NCBI GenBank assembly: GCA_951406725.2
Contig: OX597827.1
Location: 18,228,001-18,292,000 of the forward strand
Source of the DNA: Octopus vulgaris
Taxonomy: Eukaryota
Length of the DNA: 64,000 nucleotides
Direction of reading: 5' to 3'
Positions 1-12,503 of the stretch are shown here, piece after piece. The position numbers and the translations under genes are program-made. The notes under the pieces are model-generated. The model ran no database searches and was not told where the DNA came from. It was given only the letters and a program-made list of their open reading frames with translations. Numbering within the stretch: the stretch's first letter is position 1; each line of letters begins with the position of its first letter.

Positions 1-288
<288 letters not shown>

Positions 289-520
289 CTTCCGACGCCG
301 TTAGACGTACGTGAATCAGCTCCGTGAATTTGACACCAATTTCATTGGAAATCTATTAATAGGTTTGAATATTTTTTAATATTTCTGTAGCCAAACCGAC
401 CGGCTTCTTGCGGAGCTCGTCGGTTGGGCGAAATTTTGCCCCATTCGGGGTGAAATTGCGTTTGAAAATTTTGAACATTTGACATTTTTCAACATTTTGA
501 ATATTACAACAAGAAAAAAC

Positions 521-1544
521 ATGGCTATGAAGCGAACAGTTGGCTGTTCCTTCCTTCAAAATACACTCCCTCCGCAAACACGCACAACTCGTACAAAACA
601 CCCACTTCACGCCTTAAAAGGCAACAAAGATTCTCCTTCCGAACCGCAGAGCACGCGCTCGGTTCAAAAGGAAAATGCAAGTCATGACGTCGCGTTCGAC
701 GTAATTCTTGATTTTCCCCCTCTGCCTTCACCCAATGCTTTGGTAAGGAAGGAGGAGGGAGAAAAAACAAATACAAAAATCATCACAAACATTGACACGG
801 AGATAAAAGAAAAAACTTCCAACAATTTTGCTTCTGCTGCGAAGCAAATTTCGGAGGAAGTTAAGATAACTCTAGAAGATGTGAAAAGAGCGAAGGAATT
901 GTTAAGGAAGGATGGCAATGGTATCTTCCTCAATACTCCACAAGAGGTGATTGAAAGCACCAACAAGCAAACAATAATTTACAAAGTTTTCGACAGAAAA
1001 CTAAAAAGAATAACAAATGCCACACCCCAACAGTTGGAGATAGCTCTAAAGCCCATTTGGGCCCAAAAGAGCTACGTAACCAAGGGGAAGCGTTTTGGAA
1101 CCGTGGAGGTTCGCTTCCCAACAGAGGAGCTGGCAAGGGCGAACGCCATTTCGCCCTTGCAAACTGAGAATTTGTTACTAATTCCAACCCACCTCGGGCG
1201 AAGAGTTACAAAAATAAAAATCGACCTCGTCCCCCCTGAATTAAATATGTCATGGCTGGTGGCAGCTGTCCTCTATGATATAGAGGACACTACCACCATT
1301 CTAGATGTCAGGAGAGTGAGGGCGAAAAACTGGTTGGGGATGGGAGTGCTGCTTCTTGCGCAAATTCAGCAAGAGAATATAAGTAAAGTCCCTGATTTCG
1401 TAAGTTTGCCGGACGGCACTAGGCTAAACGTTGCTGTGGAGGGGCGAAAGCCAAAATGCTTTCTCTGCAGCAGCGAAAGCCACTTAAAGAGGGACTGTCC
1501 CATTCACAAAAAGAGGATGGAGGCTTTCAGCAAGAGGCAGCAGC

Positions 1545-1590
<46 letters not shown>

Positions 1591-2398
1591 CAAGCAACAA
1601 CAACAGAAACAACAAAAACAGCAAGAAACACCAAAGGCTGCCACACCACCAACACCATCACCAACACCAGCACCAAGACGAGCAACACCACCTCCAACAA
1701 CAACAACCACCACCAAACCAACACCGACAACCACCACCAAACCAACACCGACACCAGTACCTCGAAGGTCGACAGCAGCGACATCAACAGTAACAGGAGC
1801 AGCGGCACCACCGATACCGGTGGAACCAGAAACTTTTCGTCCTGCTACTGAAGCAGACCCCTCAACCATTCCTTTGCCGGATGAAGAGATCTCGGATTGT
1901 GCGAGCTCTGATTCCAACAAAGGAGAATGGAGTATAGTGCCTCCAAAGAAGAAAAGGAGGAAGAAACAAAAAGATTTACAGGGGAAGCACGAACAAATAG
2001 TGCTTCCCAACATCAACAACAACAACAACAACAACACACACTCACAACAACAAACAACAACAACACTTTCGACACCACTACTGCCACTGCCACACACACA
2101 AACACACACAGACACAATTACATCAATAAACACAAAGAACCAAAAACTAGTGGAGTACTTAAAAAACAAAACTAGTACAAATATAACCGATTTCATCATA
2201 CCAACACAAAACACACCACCAGCACACATTCTCACAATAAAAATAAATGCAAAATCATATGATGAAATCAAACAAATATTCCCTAACGATGTGGGATCGC
2301 TAGGGAAAAGTTTCTCGAAGAAACTTTATAAAAACATTGTGGAAGCACCCGTGCAAAAGCACAAGGGAGCCACCCCCACCACCAACAACAGTAAGTAG
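521..2398 (+). CDS. Tx1 ORF1 nucleic-acid-binding (gag-like) protein
   Basis: First ATG at 521 within ORF 479-2398. CX2CX4HX4C knuckle CFLCSSESHLKRDC, then polyQ, a Thr/Pro-rich tract and a basic KKKRRKK cluster. Confidence 0.85.
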
Positions 2399-2435
2399 AG
2401 CCTTTTTTTCTCCTTTTTTCCCCCTACTTTGAGAC

Positions 2436-5400
2436 ATGGCAAATCTTAGAATCGGTTGCTTGAATGTGAGAGGCCTCGGGTCACCTTGGAAACAGGGTCA
2501 CCTGTTAAACGACCTGAGGTTTCATGATGTGGATGTAGCAGCCATCAGTGAAACCAGGCTCTCCGACCCGCAGGAACTCGCAGCCCTTTTCGGCGGATAC
2601 GAGATATTTCTATCTCCGTGTCGGCCGGGAGCGGGCGGTGGTGGTACTGCGGTGTTGTTTCGGAAGGGCCTGGACCTGAAAATAAGGACAGTCTTCTTGG
2701 ATCCGGAAGGTAAGTTGGTGGTCCTCGACGTCGACGGTAGTGACGGCGGTGCTTTCAGACTGCTGGCTGCCTACGCTCCGACAGGAGCAGGGCAGTCGGA
2801 TTATTTCAAACGTCTGGAAGTTTTCCTGGGAACGTCACGCACTCTAGTACTAGTTGGGGATTGGAACGCTGTCTTAGACGAACGTTTCGATCGGGTGGGC
2901 AGGGGAGCGTCTGTTAGGAGAGGGGGAGGGTGCAAGAGCCTCGCCAACCTACTCGGCCGCTTTCAGCTGTCCGACAGGTTTCGACTAGACAACCCGAATG
3001 TGCCAATGTGGACTTGGACAAACCGCATCGGGTCGTCTAGATCGTACTTAGATAGAGTGTTTTGTAGGCCAGCGGATAAGGACAGCGTAGGGTGTCCACA
3101 ATTCCACCTAGTCGAATATACGGACCACAAATTAGTGATCTGTACGGTCGACTTAGATAGGCTACATAGACAGGGACCCGGCTACTGGAAGCTGAACGCG
3201 TCGTTAACGGCGTGCAAAGCTTACAGAGACCGGATTAGTTTACTAGTTAAGCGGGCGCTCACGGGGGCAATCATCAACAACAACTGGTGGTTTGCCCTCA
3301 AGAGAGCAATTAGAGTAGAGTCGATTAGGTATAGTAAGACTCTAGCTATTGAACGTAGGAAGAGAGAGCGGGATTTAGTTAAGAAACTAGACGAGGCTCT
3401 TGACACTGGCATCGCGACCGACGTGTTGGCGGCAAGGTTGGCCCTCGACCAACACTTCGACGCCAAACACGAAGGCTGCGTTGTCAGAGCTAAGGCACGT
3501 TCGCTAAACGGGGAGGGGACTAGAGCCGCTCGATGGGCCCGCGTGGCGGAGGCGAAGCGAGGCAACAAAGCAACCATTCGGTCTTTGGTGGACCAGAACG
3601 GGCGCGAGGTTACCCAACCGAAGCAGATGTGTACGGTGCTTCAGCGGCACTTTGCTCAACTGTTTGGGACGAGCGGTGGAACGGACACCAACGGTACAGA
3701 CTTCGGTGTGTACCTGGACGGACTGCCGCAACTCTCGGACAGCGAGGCGGAGTGCTGCGAAGGACCGATATCTGCCTGGGAAGTACAGGAAGCGATGAAG
3801 AGTTGCACGAGAGGTAGATCGCCGGGTTTGGATGGTCTGCCCTACGAGCTTTACTTTTCGATGCCAGACTTGTTTGCGGACCTGTTGGCAAACGTCTACT
3901 GCAACTGGCAGCAAAACGGGAGAATTCCTGCTTTTGTCTGTCGAGGGGTGGTGGCTTTGCTAAAGAAGGACCCAAACAAGGGGGACGTTATAGGGAATTT
4001 CCGGCCCATCACTCTGCTCAATGCAGAGTTGAAGATTTTGGCCAAGGTGCTAGCCAAGAGATTGGCGCTTGTCGTGGACAAGCTGGTCGGCGGGACGCAG
4101 ACATGCGCTTTGCCGACCAGGTCGATACACGACAACCTCCATCTCATGCGCTACATCATAGAGAGGGTGGGTAACGACGCTGGCGCGGGTGGGGCTTTGA
4201 TCAACTTGGATCAGAGTAAAGCCTTCGATAGGGTCGACCATCAGTACCTGGCAGCTGTCCTCAAGGCAGCCGGCTTCGGTCCAGTCTTCCGCGGGTGGAT
4301 CGCTGCTTTATACAGCAACATCTGCTCGGTGATACGGGTGAACGGTCACCTTTCGGAACCGTTCGACATCTCGCGTTCGGTCCGCCAAGGATGCCCTCTC
4401 TCCTCCCTCTTGTACATTTTGACTCTCGAGCCATTACTGCGCAAGTTGGAGGCTTTGAGGGGCATCCCGCGCGATCTAGGAGGCGGAAACAGCGTGTCTG
4501 CTTATGCCGACGACGTCACCGTGGTGGTGTCGAGCCACAGGCACATTAGCCTGATTGGCGAGACGCTAAACCAGTACGAAGCGGTGACAGGGGCAAAGAT
4601 TAACGCGGAAAAGTCTGTGGGCTTGCAACTGGGCACCTGGAGAGGCAAGCCCATGCCGTCCAACAGCGTCGTAGGGCGCTGGACAGACGGACCCGTTAAA
4701 CTGCTCGGGGTCTGGTTCGGTCCGGACCTCCAGGTGGATAAGAACTGGGAAGAGGTGACGAGCAGAGTGGCACGTCTCACCCAGAAATGGGCCGAGAGGA
4801 AGCTGTCCCTGAAAGGTCGAGCGGAGGTGGCGAATGCGTACATCGCATCCGTCATCTATTACCGCTTGACCGTCGTCCCTTGTCCCAACCGCTGGTTGGC
4901 CAAGCTGGTACGTCTGCTCTTCGACTTTTTGTGGAAGGGTCAGGTGCCACTGGTCAGGCGGTCCATCTGCTGTCAACGACCGCTGAACGGAGGCCTTGGA
5001 ATGCCGTGGTTGCTGTTGCGCAGACATGCGCTCAGGCTGCGGCATCTCAAGCGCTTCCTAGACGGTGAACAGGTGTGGTCGTCTTTTGTCAGACGCGATT
5101 TTCCGCAGCTCGTCTCTTTGACGGAGCTGCAGACCTGGATCAAACGTAGACCGAGAAAGGGCGCTTGGCACCTCGAGTGCCGTCAAGCCCTCTCCGCCCT
5201 CCACCAGGCGGGCAATGCGGTCGGTTACAGCTCCACTCTAGCGTTCTATAGAGGGTTAGTGGAGGAAAAATGCGACGACGTTCTCGGGGAAACTCTAGGC
5301 GTTGAAGACGACGAACTGAGCAGTCTGTTCGGGAGGACTTTCGGGCCGGGGCCGATGGATAATTTCCAGAGGTCTCTCGCCTGGCAGTGCTACCGAGGGG

Positions 5401-5870
5401 CTCTGCCTGTTCGAGATAAACTCTACCGGCACGGAAGTGCCGTCAGCCGGGCCTGCCCGAGGTGTTGCCAGGACGACGAAACCGTTCTGCACGCACTCGT
5501 CCAGTGCCCGAGTATTGCTGAAATATGGGTTTATGTCGAACAGCTACTGTCACGTGTAGGACGGATCCGACTATCGGCCGAATCCATAGTGAAGATTGCC
5601 CCGCCGACCTCCTTTAACAAGGAGGGCGAGGCCGTTTTCTTGTGCCTAGTGGCTGTGGCGAAAGAGGTCGTGTGGTGGACTCGTTTAAAAGGGCTAAAGA
5701 CAGACACTTTCCTCTTTGGTCAAGGCCTCATCAACTTTTTCAAGTTTCACTTGAAAAGGAAGATGAGGTTAGAGAGGAAAGTGCTGTCCGATAGCAAGTT
5801 TTATGAAAGGTGGGTGAATTGTGCGAGACTGGCCTGTATAAATGGACCAGTTCTCAGGTTTCGCCTGTGA
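2436..5870 (+). CDS. Tx1 ORF2: APE endonuclease + reverse transcriptase + C-terminal zinc finger (1144 aa)
   Basis: APE motifs LNVRGL, SET, YAP, GDWN, YLDR, TDH. RT motifs FRPITLLN, LDQSKAFDRV, RQGCPLS, YADD. zf-RVT-like C-terminus. No stops or frameshifts. Confidence 0.96.
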   Translation: MANLRIGCLNVRGLGSPWKQGHLLNDLRFHDVDVAAISETRLSDPQELAALFGGYEIFLSPCRPGAGGGGTAVLFRKGLDLKIRTVFLDPEGKLVVLDVDGSDGGAFRLLAAYAPTGAGQSDYFKRLEVFLGTSRTLVLVGDWNAVLDERFDRVGRGASVRRGGGCKSLANLLGRFQLSDRFRLDNPNVPMWTWTNRIGSSRSYLDRVFCRPADKDSVGCPQFHLVEYTDHKLVICTVDLDRLHRQGPGYWKLNASLTACKAYRDRISLLVKRALTGAIINNNWWFALKRAIRVESIRYSKTLAIERRKRERDLVKKLDEALDTGIATDVLAARLALDQHFDAKHEGCVVRAKARSLNGEGTRAARWARVAEAKRGNKATIRSLVDQNGREVTQPKQMCTVLQRHFAQLFGTSGGTDTNGTDFGVYLDGLPQLSDSEAECCEGPISAWEVQEAMKSCTRGRSPGLDGLPYELYFSMPDLFADLLANVYCNWQQNGRIPAFVCRGVVALLKKDPNKGDVIGNFRPITLLNAELKILAKVLAKRLALVVDKLVGGTQTCALPTRSIHDNLHLMRYIIERVGNDAGAGGALINLDQSKAFDRVDHQYLAAVLKAAGFGPVFRGWIAALYSNICSVIRVNGHLSEPFDISRSVRQGCPLSSLLYILTLEPLLRKLEALRGIPRDLGGGNSVSAYADDVTVVVSSHRHISLIGETLNQYEAVTGAKINAEKSVGLQLGTWRGKPMPSNSVVGRWTDGPVKLLGVWFGPDLQVDKNWEEVTSRVARLTQKWAERKLSLKGRAEVANAYIASVIYYRLTVVPCPNRWLAKLVRLLFDFLWKGQVPLVRRSICCQRPLNGGLGMPWLLLRRHALRLRHLKRFLDGEQVWSSFVRRDFPQLVSLTELQTWIKRRPRKGAWHLECRQALSALHQAGNAVGYSSTLAFYRGLVEEKCDDVLGETLGVEDDELSSLFGRTFGPGPMDNFQRSLAWQCYRGALPVRDKLYRHGSAVSRACPRCCQDDETVLHALVQCPSIAEIWVYVEQLLSRVGRIRLSAESIVKIAPPTSFNKEGEAVFLCLVAVAKEVVWWTRLKGLKTDTFLFGQGLINFFKFHLKRKMRLERKVLSDSKFYERWVNCARLACINGPVLRFRL

Positions 5871-6174
5871 TTTCAAAGAAAAAGGTAATGTAAAAGGAGA
5901 AGAAAGGGGACTCTCTACACCCCCTTTTTTTGACCAGGCTCCCGTTGGCTTTTGTAGGGTTTTTTCCACCGGGAACATTTCGAGACGTCTCCCCCTTTTG
6001 GGAGTTTTTCATTGTTTTAATAATCATTGTTTTAAAGTTTTTTTTTACACGGATTTTTTAACAAACGGACAAAACCCTTTGTAACCTTTCGTCCTGTCCT
6101 GTCCCTTTATGTAATCATGCGTGTCAGCCCTTGTGGCCAATAAAAAAGAATTGATTATTATTATTATTATTATT

Positions 6175-6747
6175 GAGTGAGAGAGAGAAAGCAGTGCATG
6201 CCATCAAAGTGACTCTGGGGTAAAATATGCGAAGCCCAGTATACCCATCATGACTACCCGTCTGTTAAGGGCACACCAGGCACATGCATCACAACCATAT
6301 GTGCATTAAATGGTGACTTCATATCAAGATAGACAGCACATAACCTTGCAGGTAGGGCTCAGTTTGAATTTTCTTCAGGTTGGGTAGCCCATCTCGCTCA
6401 AAAGGTCCCTGAATAAGGGTTGGTCAAAAATGATGAACAAAACGCCTATATTTCCAGAGGCGAATTATTCAAACCCCAAAAATGCCTTTCAACACATGGC
6501 TATGATACTCCCCCACCCCACGCCACTACTTCTGCTCGTGATCAGAGATGCACATATCGTCAGCCACTAAGGGATATGGTCAACTGGTTAAGGTCAAACA
6601 ACTGACGAGCAAATCTGTGGTATTGAGCAGAATATTTGCTGTAGCCAATCTTTTATACCAAGACAAAACAATGTACTTGATAACACTTCCAGTCAGTTAA
6701 GATCAGAAGCCACAAGAGCCACTGCCTTGGTACAGCATCAGGGCATT
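6175..6747 (-). mobile_element. ~570-bp non-coding element flanked by (TAA)n (copy 1)
   Basis: Closely similar to 58903-59458 and 59550-60021. TTA repeats at both ends. Strand inferred from the truncated copy. Confidence 0.75.
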
Positions 6748-6794
6748 TATTATTATTGTTATCATTATTATTATTATCATCATCATCATCCTCG

Positions 6795-6848
<54 letters not shown>

Positions 6849-6850
6849 TC
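6748..6850. repeat. Compound TTA/TCA/GTA trinucleotide microsatellite
   Basis: Seen directly. Confidence 0.9.
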
Positions 6851-7103
6851 ATTTTTATCATTATACGTAAACCCCAAACTTTATGTCTGCCTTTGTATTG
6901 CGCCCCTCGTCCTTCGCTTTTGTTTCAAGTAATAGAAATCATTATTGTTGTTGCTGCTGTTGTTGTTGTTGTTTGTTGTTGTTGTTGTTGTTGTTATCAG
7001 TTCAAATTATTTTTATATAGTTTTTTGCTAATCATAAAATACATGCCAACATTATCTAATTTTCCATGCATATATCTGTGTGTGTGTGTGTTGTGTGTGT
7101 GTG

Positions 7104-7157
<54 letters not shown>

Positions 7158-7619
7158 GCGGGGGGAGGGTGTTGTTTGTTCTTGTTATTTGTATTTATAT
7201 TCGCATTAATTCACTCAAGAATTCAGCTTACACTATAAGTATTTCTATTGTTTTTATAGGTATTTGGTTACTGACAAACGAACAAAAATTTGCATACCAC
7301 CATATTGTTTGTTTATGTTTTCTATGTGTTTTAGGGTGGGTTTTTTTTCGTATATAAGATCGTCAAATATTAAACTTCAGTGGAGCTTGTCCAATAATAC
7401 CAAATTACTTACAACAGTGTAACACTGAAGTAGTTTGTGATTTGCCAATGACAAAAGAAATACGGGCGCACATATGTGCCAAAGCACATACTTCTAGGCT
7501 CCATAGGTCTTTGAATAACAAAAACAAAAGCAAAAAATTAAAGTATTGGGGATACCACATGCAACGCAACTATGCCGGCTTCGGTTTGCTCACAGATCTC
7601 TATGCGTGTATATATAGTC

Positions 7620-8059
7620 ATGTGTGTGTATGTGTGTTTCCTGTGTATGAGCCTGTGTGCGTGTGTACGTGTGTGTTTGTATGTATGTATGTGTGTGTGT
7701 ATGTATGTATGTATGTACGTATGTTTGTATGTATGTATGTATGTATGTATGTATGTATCTATGTATGAATGTATGTATGTATGTATGTATGTATGTGTGT
7801 ATGCATGTATGTATGTGTTGTATGTATGTATGTATGTATGTATGTATGTATGTATGTGTGTATGCATGTATGTATGTGTTGTATGTATGTATGTATGTAT
7901 GTATGTATGTATGTATGTATGTGTTGTATGTGTGTATGTTTGCTTGTGCTTGTATGTATACCTAATTGCATATATGTGTGTGTTTGTTGTGTATGTGCGT
8001 ATTTATATATACACGCGCGCATGCACACACATGCATACATGTACATGCACACACACACA

Positions 8060-8120
<61 letters not shown>

Positions 8121-8537
8121 ATATATACATTTACTTATACACACACGAAGAAATGCATATATGAAACTTCTATATATAAAAACGTATATGTATGCGCGTT
8201 TCTATACATACATACATACATACGTACATACATATATGCATACGTACATGTATGCATACATACATACATACATACATACATACATACATACATACATACA
8301 TGCATACATACATACATATATGCATGCATGCATACATACATATATGCATACATGCACACATACATACATACATACATGCATACATACATACATGCATGCA
8401 TGCATACATATATACATGCTGCATGCATACATACATACATACATACATACATGCATACATAAATACATACATACATGCATACATGCATACATGCATACAT
8501 GCATACATACTTACATACATATGTACATACATGCATG

Positions 8538-8568
<31 letters not shown>

Positions 8569-8764
8569 GCATGCATGCATACATACATAGATACATATAT
8601 GCATACATGCACACGCATACATACATGCATACATACATACATACATACATGCATGCATGCATACATACATACATGCATACATGCATACATACATAGATAC
8701 ATATATGCATACATGCACACATGCATACATACATGCATACATACATGCATGCATACATACATAC
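7620..8764. repeat. (TATG)n, (TA)n, then (CATA)n compound microsatellite block
   Basis: Seen directly. The two tetranucleotide arrays are reverse complements of each other. Confidence 0.95.
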
Positions 8765-8769
8765 GTACG

Positions 8770-9501
8770 GAAAAGACCGCGGTAACCTCGGTCAATGATG
8801 TTACATGTTACCACATTTGTTTGCAAGTAGGTAACCCTCTGTTTTCAATTTTCCGGGTTCATAGGATCATGTTCAAGGTGGCTTCGTCATTCATACGTGC
8901 CATCCATCCTTGCTACATTTACCCATCTCTTTTTGAAACAATCGCTAGACAAAACTTGCCCCTCTACTCTCACTTTCCTTTTCAAGTGATACTTGAAGAA
9001 GTTGATGAGAGATTGACCAGAGTGGAAAGTGTTTGTCTCTAATCCTGTCAGAAGCGTCCACCAGATACATCCTTTCGCCATAGCCACAAGTATGATAAAA
9101 ATAGCTCTTCCTTCCCGTTTGAAGGAAGGAGGCGTGACGATATTAACGATAGACTCGGCTGATAAACCGACACGTCCCACACGTGACAGCAGTCGTTCGA
9201 CGTAAGCCCACAGGTCGGAAATTGTTGGACACTGCACGAGTGCGTGCAGAACGGTTTCGTCGCTCTGACCGCATCTCGGGCAGGTCGGCCCCGTGTTTCT
9301 CGAGCCGTGTCTTTAGAGCTTATCCCGAACGGGTAGCGCTTCTCGGTAGCACTGCCAGGCCAGGGATCCCTGAAAGTTGCCCATGGGCCCTGGCCCGTAA
9401 GTCGCCCTGAACAGGCGGGTCAGGTATTCCTCGTCGACGTCCAGGTTCGCCCGAAGCTCGTCGTCGTGCCTCCCCTCCAGTAATCCCCTATAGAATGCTT
9501 T
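8770..9501 (-). mobile_element. Decayed 3' fragment of a second Tx1 subfamily (ORF2 C-terminus + part of 3' UTR)
   Basis: Translations AFYRGLLEG..GPGPMGNFQGSLAWQCYREALPVRDKL and QCPTISDLWAYVERLLSRVGR..LINFFKYHLKRK align with the ORF2 C-terminus at ~5240-5870. Contains stops and frameshifts. Confidence 0.92.
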
Positions 9502-9551
<50 letters not shown>

Positions 9552-9741
9552 ATATAGATGTGTTTCTGTGTGTGTGTGTGCGCGCGCGCGTGTGTATTGT
9601 TATTCGATCGGATATCAATGACAAATCCAGATCGATTCACCACGTGCTGACATGTCTTCGTGCTTTCGTGCGCACAATACTCCGAGTAATGGCCGTGTAA
9701 GCCGTTCAACCCCTCTATCTACAAATATATATATACATACA

Positions 9742-9824
<83 letters not shown>

Positions 9825-10043
9825 CAAGAAAGTTCACCTCAGGAAACCTTGTTGGGAAGATAAGCAATCAGTTTTATTATGTGTTAATAGCTCTTAACAA
9901 AAGTAATTATCATGTTTAGTGTTAAGTGTTATTAACGTATCATAATGTAATGGGTTTGCCCAGCAATAAGGCTTGTGTTACGAAATTTCCATTCATCTCA
10001 GCCAGATCATATGCATCCGTGCGTGCATGTGTATTTATAGATG

Positions 10044-10083
<40 letters not shown>

Positions 10084-10109
10084 CATACACATCTATAAAT
10101 ACACATATA

Positions 10110-10197
<88 letters not shown>

Positions 10198-10199
<2 letters not shown>

Positions 10200-10610
10200 C
10201 GCAGGAGTGGCTGTGTGGTAAGTAGCTTTCTAACCAACCACATGGTTCCGGGTTCAGTCCCACTGCGTGGCATCTTCGGCAAGTGACTTCTGCTATAGCC
10301 CCGGGCCGACCAATGCCTTGTGAGTGGATTTCGTAGACGGAAACTGAAAGAAGCCTGTCGTATGTATGTATATATATGTATGCGTGTGTATGTGTTTGTG
10401 TCTGTGTTTGTCCCCCTAGCATTGCTTGACAACCGATGCTGGTGTGTTTACGTCCCCGTCACTTAGCGGTTCGGCAAAAGAGACCGATAGAATAAGTACT
10501 GGGCTTACAAAGAATAAGTCCTGGGGTCGATTTGCTCGACTAAAAGGCGGTGCTCCAGTATGGCCGCAGTCAAATGACTGAACAATTAAAAGAGTAAAAG
10601 AGTAAAGAGT
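10198..10610 (+). mobile_element. tRNA-derived SINE family A with internal TA/TG microsatellite
   Basis: A-box-like TGGCTGTGTGG, B-box-like GGTTCAGTCCC, (AAAGAGT)n tail. Many copies in the window. Confidence 0.88.
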
Positions 10611-10634
10611 ATATATATATATATGTATATTTGC

Positions 10635-10697
<63 letters not shown>

Positions 10698-10729
10698 GAG
10701 ATGCGTAAGTATATGTGTAAGCGTCTGTG

Positions 10730-10760
<31 letters not shown>

Positions 10761-10846
10761 GCATTCACATATAATAATAAATGACCAGGAGATGGATTTG
10801 GTATTAGTTTTTATTTGAATGATGAATGTTTCAACCCCTCTATCTA

Positions 10847-11722
10847 CATACATACATACATACATACATGCATGCATGCATACATACATACATACATACA
10901 TTCATACATACATGCATGCATACATTCATACATACATGCATGCATGCATACATACATACATACATACATACATACATACATACATACATTCATACATACA
11001 TACATTCATACATACATACATTCATACATACATGCATACATACATACATACATACATACATACATACATACATACATACATGCATACATTCATACATACA
11101 TACATACATACATACATACTTACATTCATACATACATGCATACATACATACATACATACATATATACATACATACATACATTCATACATACATGCATGCA
11201 TACATTCATACATACATGCATGCATGCATACATACATACATGTATACATACATACATACATAAATACATACATACATACACACACACACATACATACATA
11301 CATACATGCATGCATACATACATACATACATACATACATACATACATGCATGCATACATACATACATACATACATACATACATACATACATACATACATA
11401 CATACATACATACATACATACATACATACATACATGCATACATACATACATACATACATACATACATACATACATACATACATTCATACATACATGCATG
11501 CATACATTCATACATACATGCATGCATGCATACATACATACATACATACATACATACATACATGCATGCATACATACATACATACATGCATACATTCGTA
11601 CATACATGCATACATACATACATTCATACATACATGCATGCATACATTCATACATACATGCATACATACATACATACATACATACATACATACATACATG
11701 CATACATTCATACATACATGCA

Positions 11723-11755
<33 letters not shown>

Positions 11756-11924
11756 GCATGCATACATACATACATACATACATACATACATACATACATA
11801 CATACATACATACATACATACATACATACATACATACATACATACATACATACATACATACATACATGCATACATACATACATACACACACATACATACA
11901 TACATACATACATACATGCATGCA

Positions 11925-11957
<33 letters not shown>

Positions 11958-12136
11958 GCATGCATACATACATACATACATACATACATACATACATACA
12001 TGCATGCATACATACATACATACATACATACATACATACATTCATACATACATGCATACATACATACATACATACATACATACATACATACATTCATACA
12101 TACATACATGCATGCATGCATACATACATACATACA

Positions 12137-12168
<32 letters not shown>

Positions 12169-12196
12169 CATACATACATACATACATATATGCATG

Positions 12197-12227
<31 letters not shown>

Positions 12228-12308
12228 GCATGCATACATACATACATACATACATACATACATACATACATACATACATACATACATACATACATACATA
12301 CATACATA
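10847..12308. repeat. ~1.46-kb (CATA)n array with CATG/CATT variant units
   Basis: Seen directly. Confidence 0.98.
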
Positions 12309-12439
12309 CTGCTACTGTCCCTTATGGGTGGGTTAGGGTTGTGTTGCATCCACTTTGCAGTCTGGGTCACATCAGGCACATCCATATATAAGGTGGTGTC
12401 TCGCTAAATATCTTGTGTTTGGACGGTCATTATGTTGTG

Positions 12440-12503
<64 letters not shown>

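Noticed and set aside
3221-5492. Antisense and alternate-frame ORFs overlapping Tx1 ORF2
   Set aside because: Expected by-products of GC-rich coding sequence; no motifs.
7442-12407. Long ORFs of YIHT/MYVC type (also at 41-42, 47-51, 55-58 and 63 kb)
   Set aside because: They are translations of CATA/TATG/TA/TG microsatellites, which lack stop codons in several frames.
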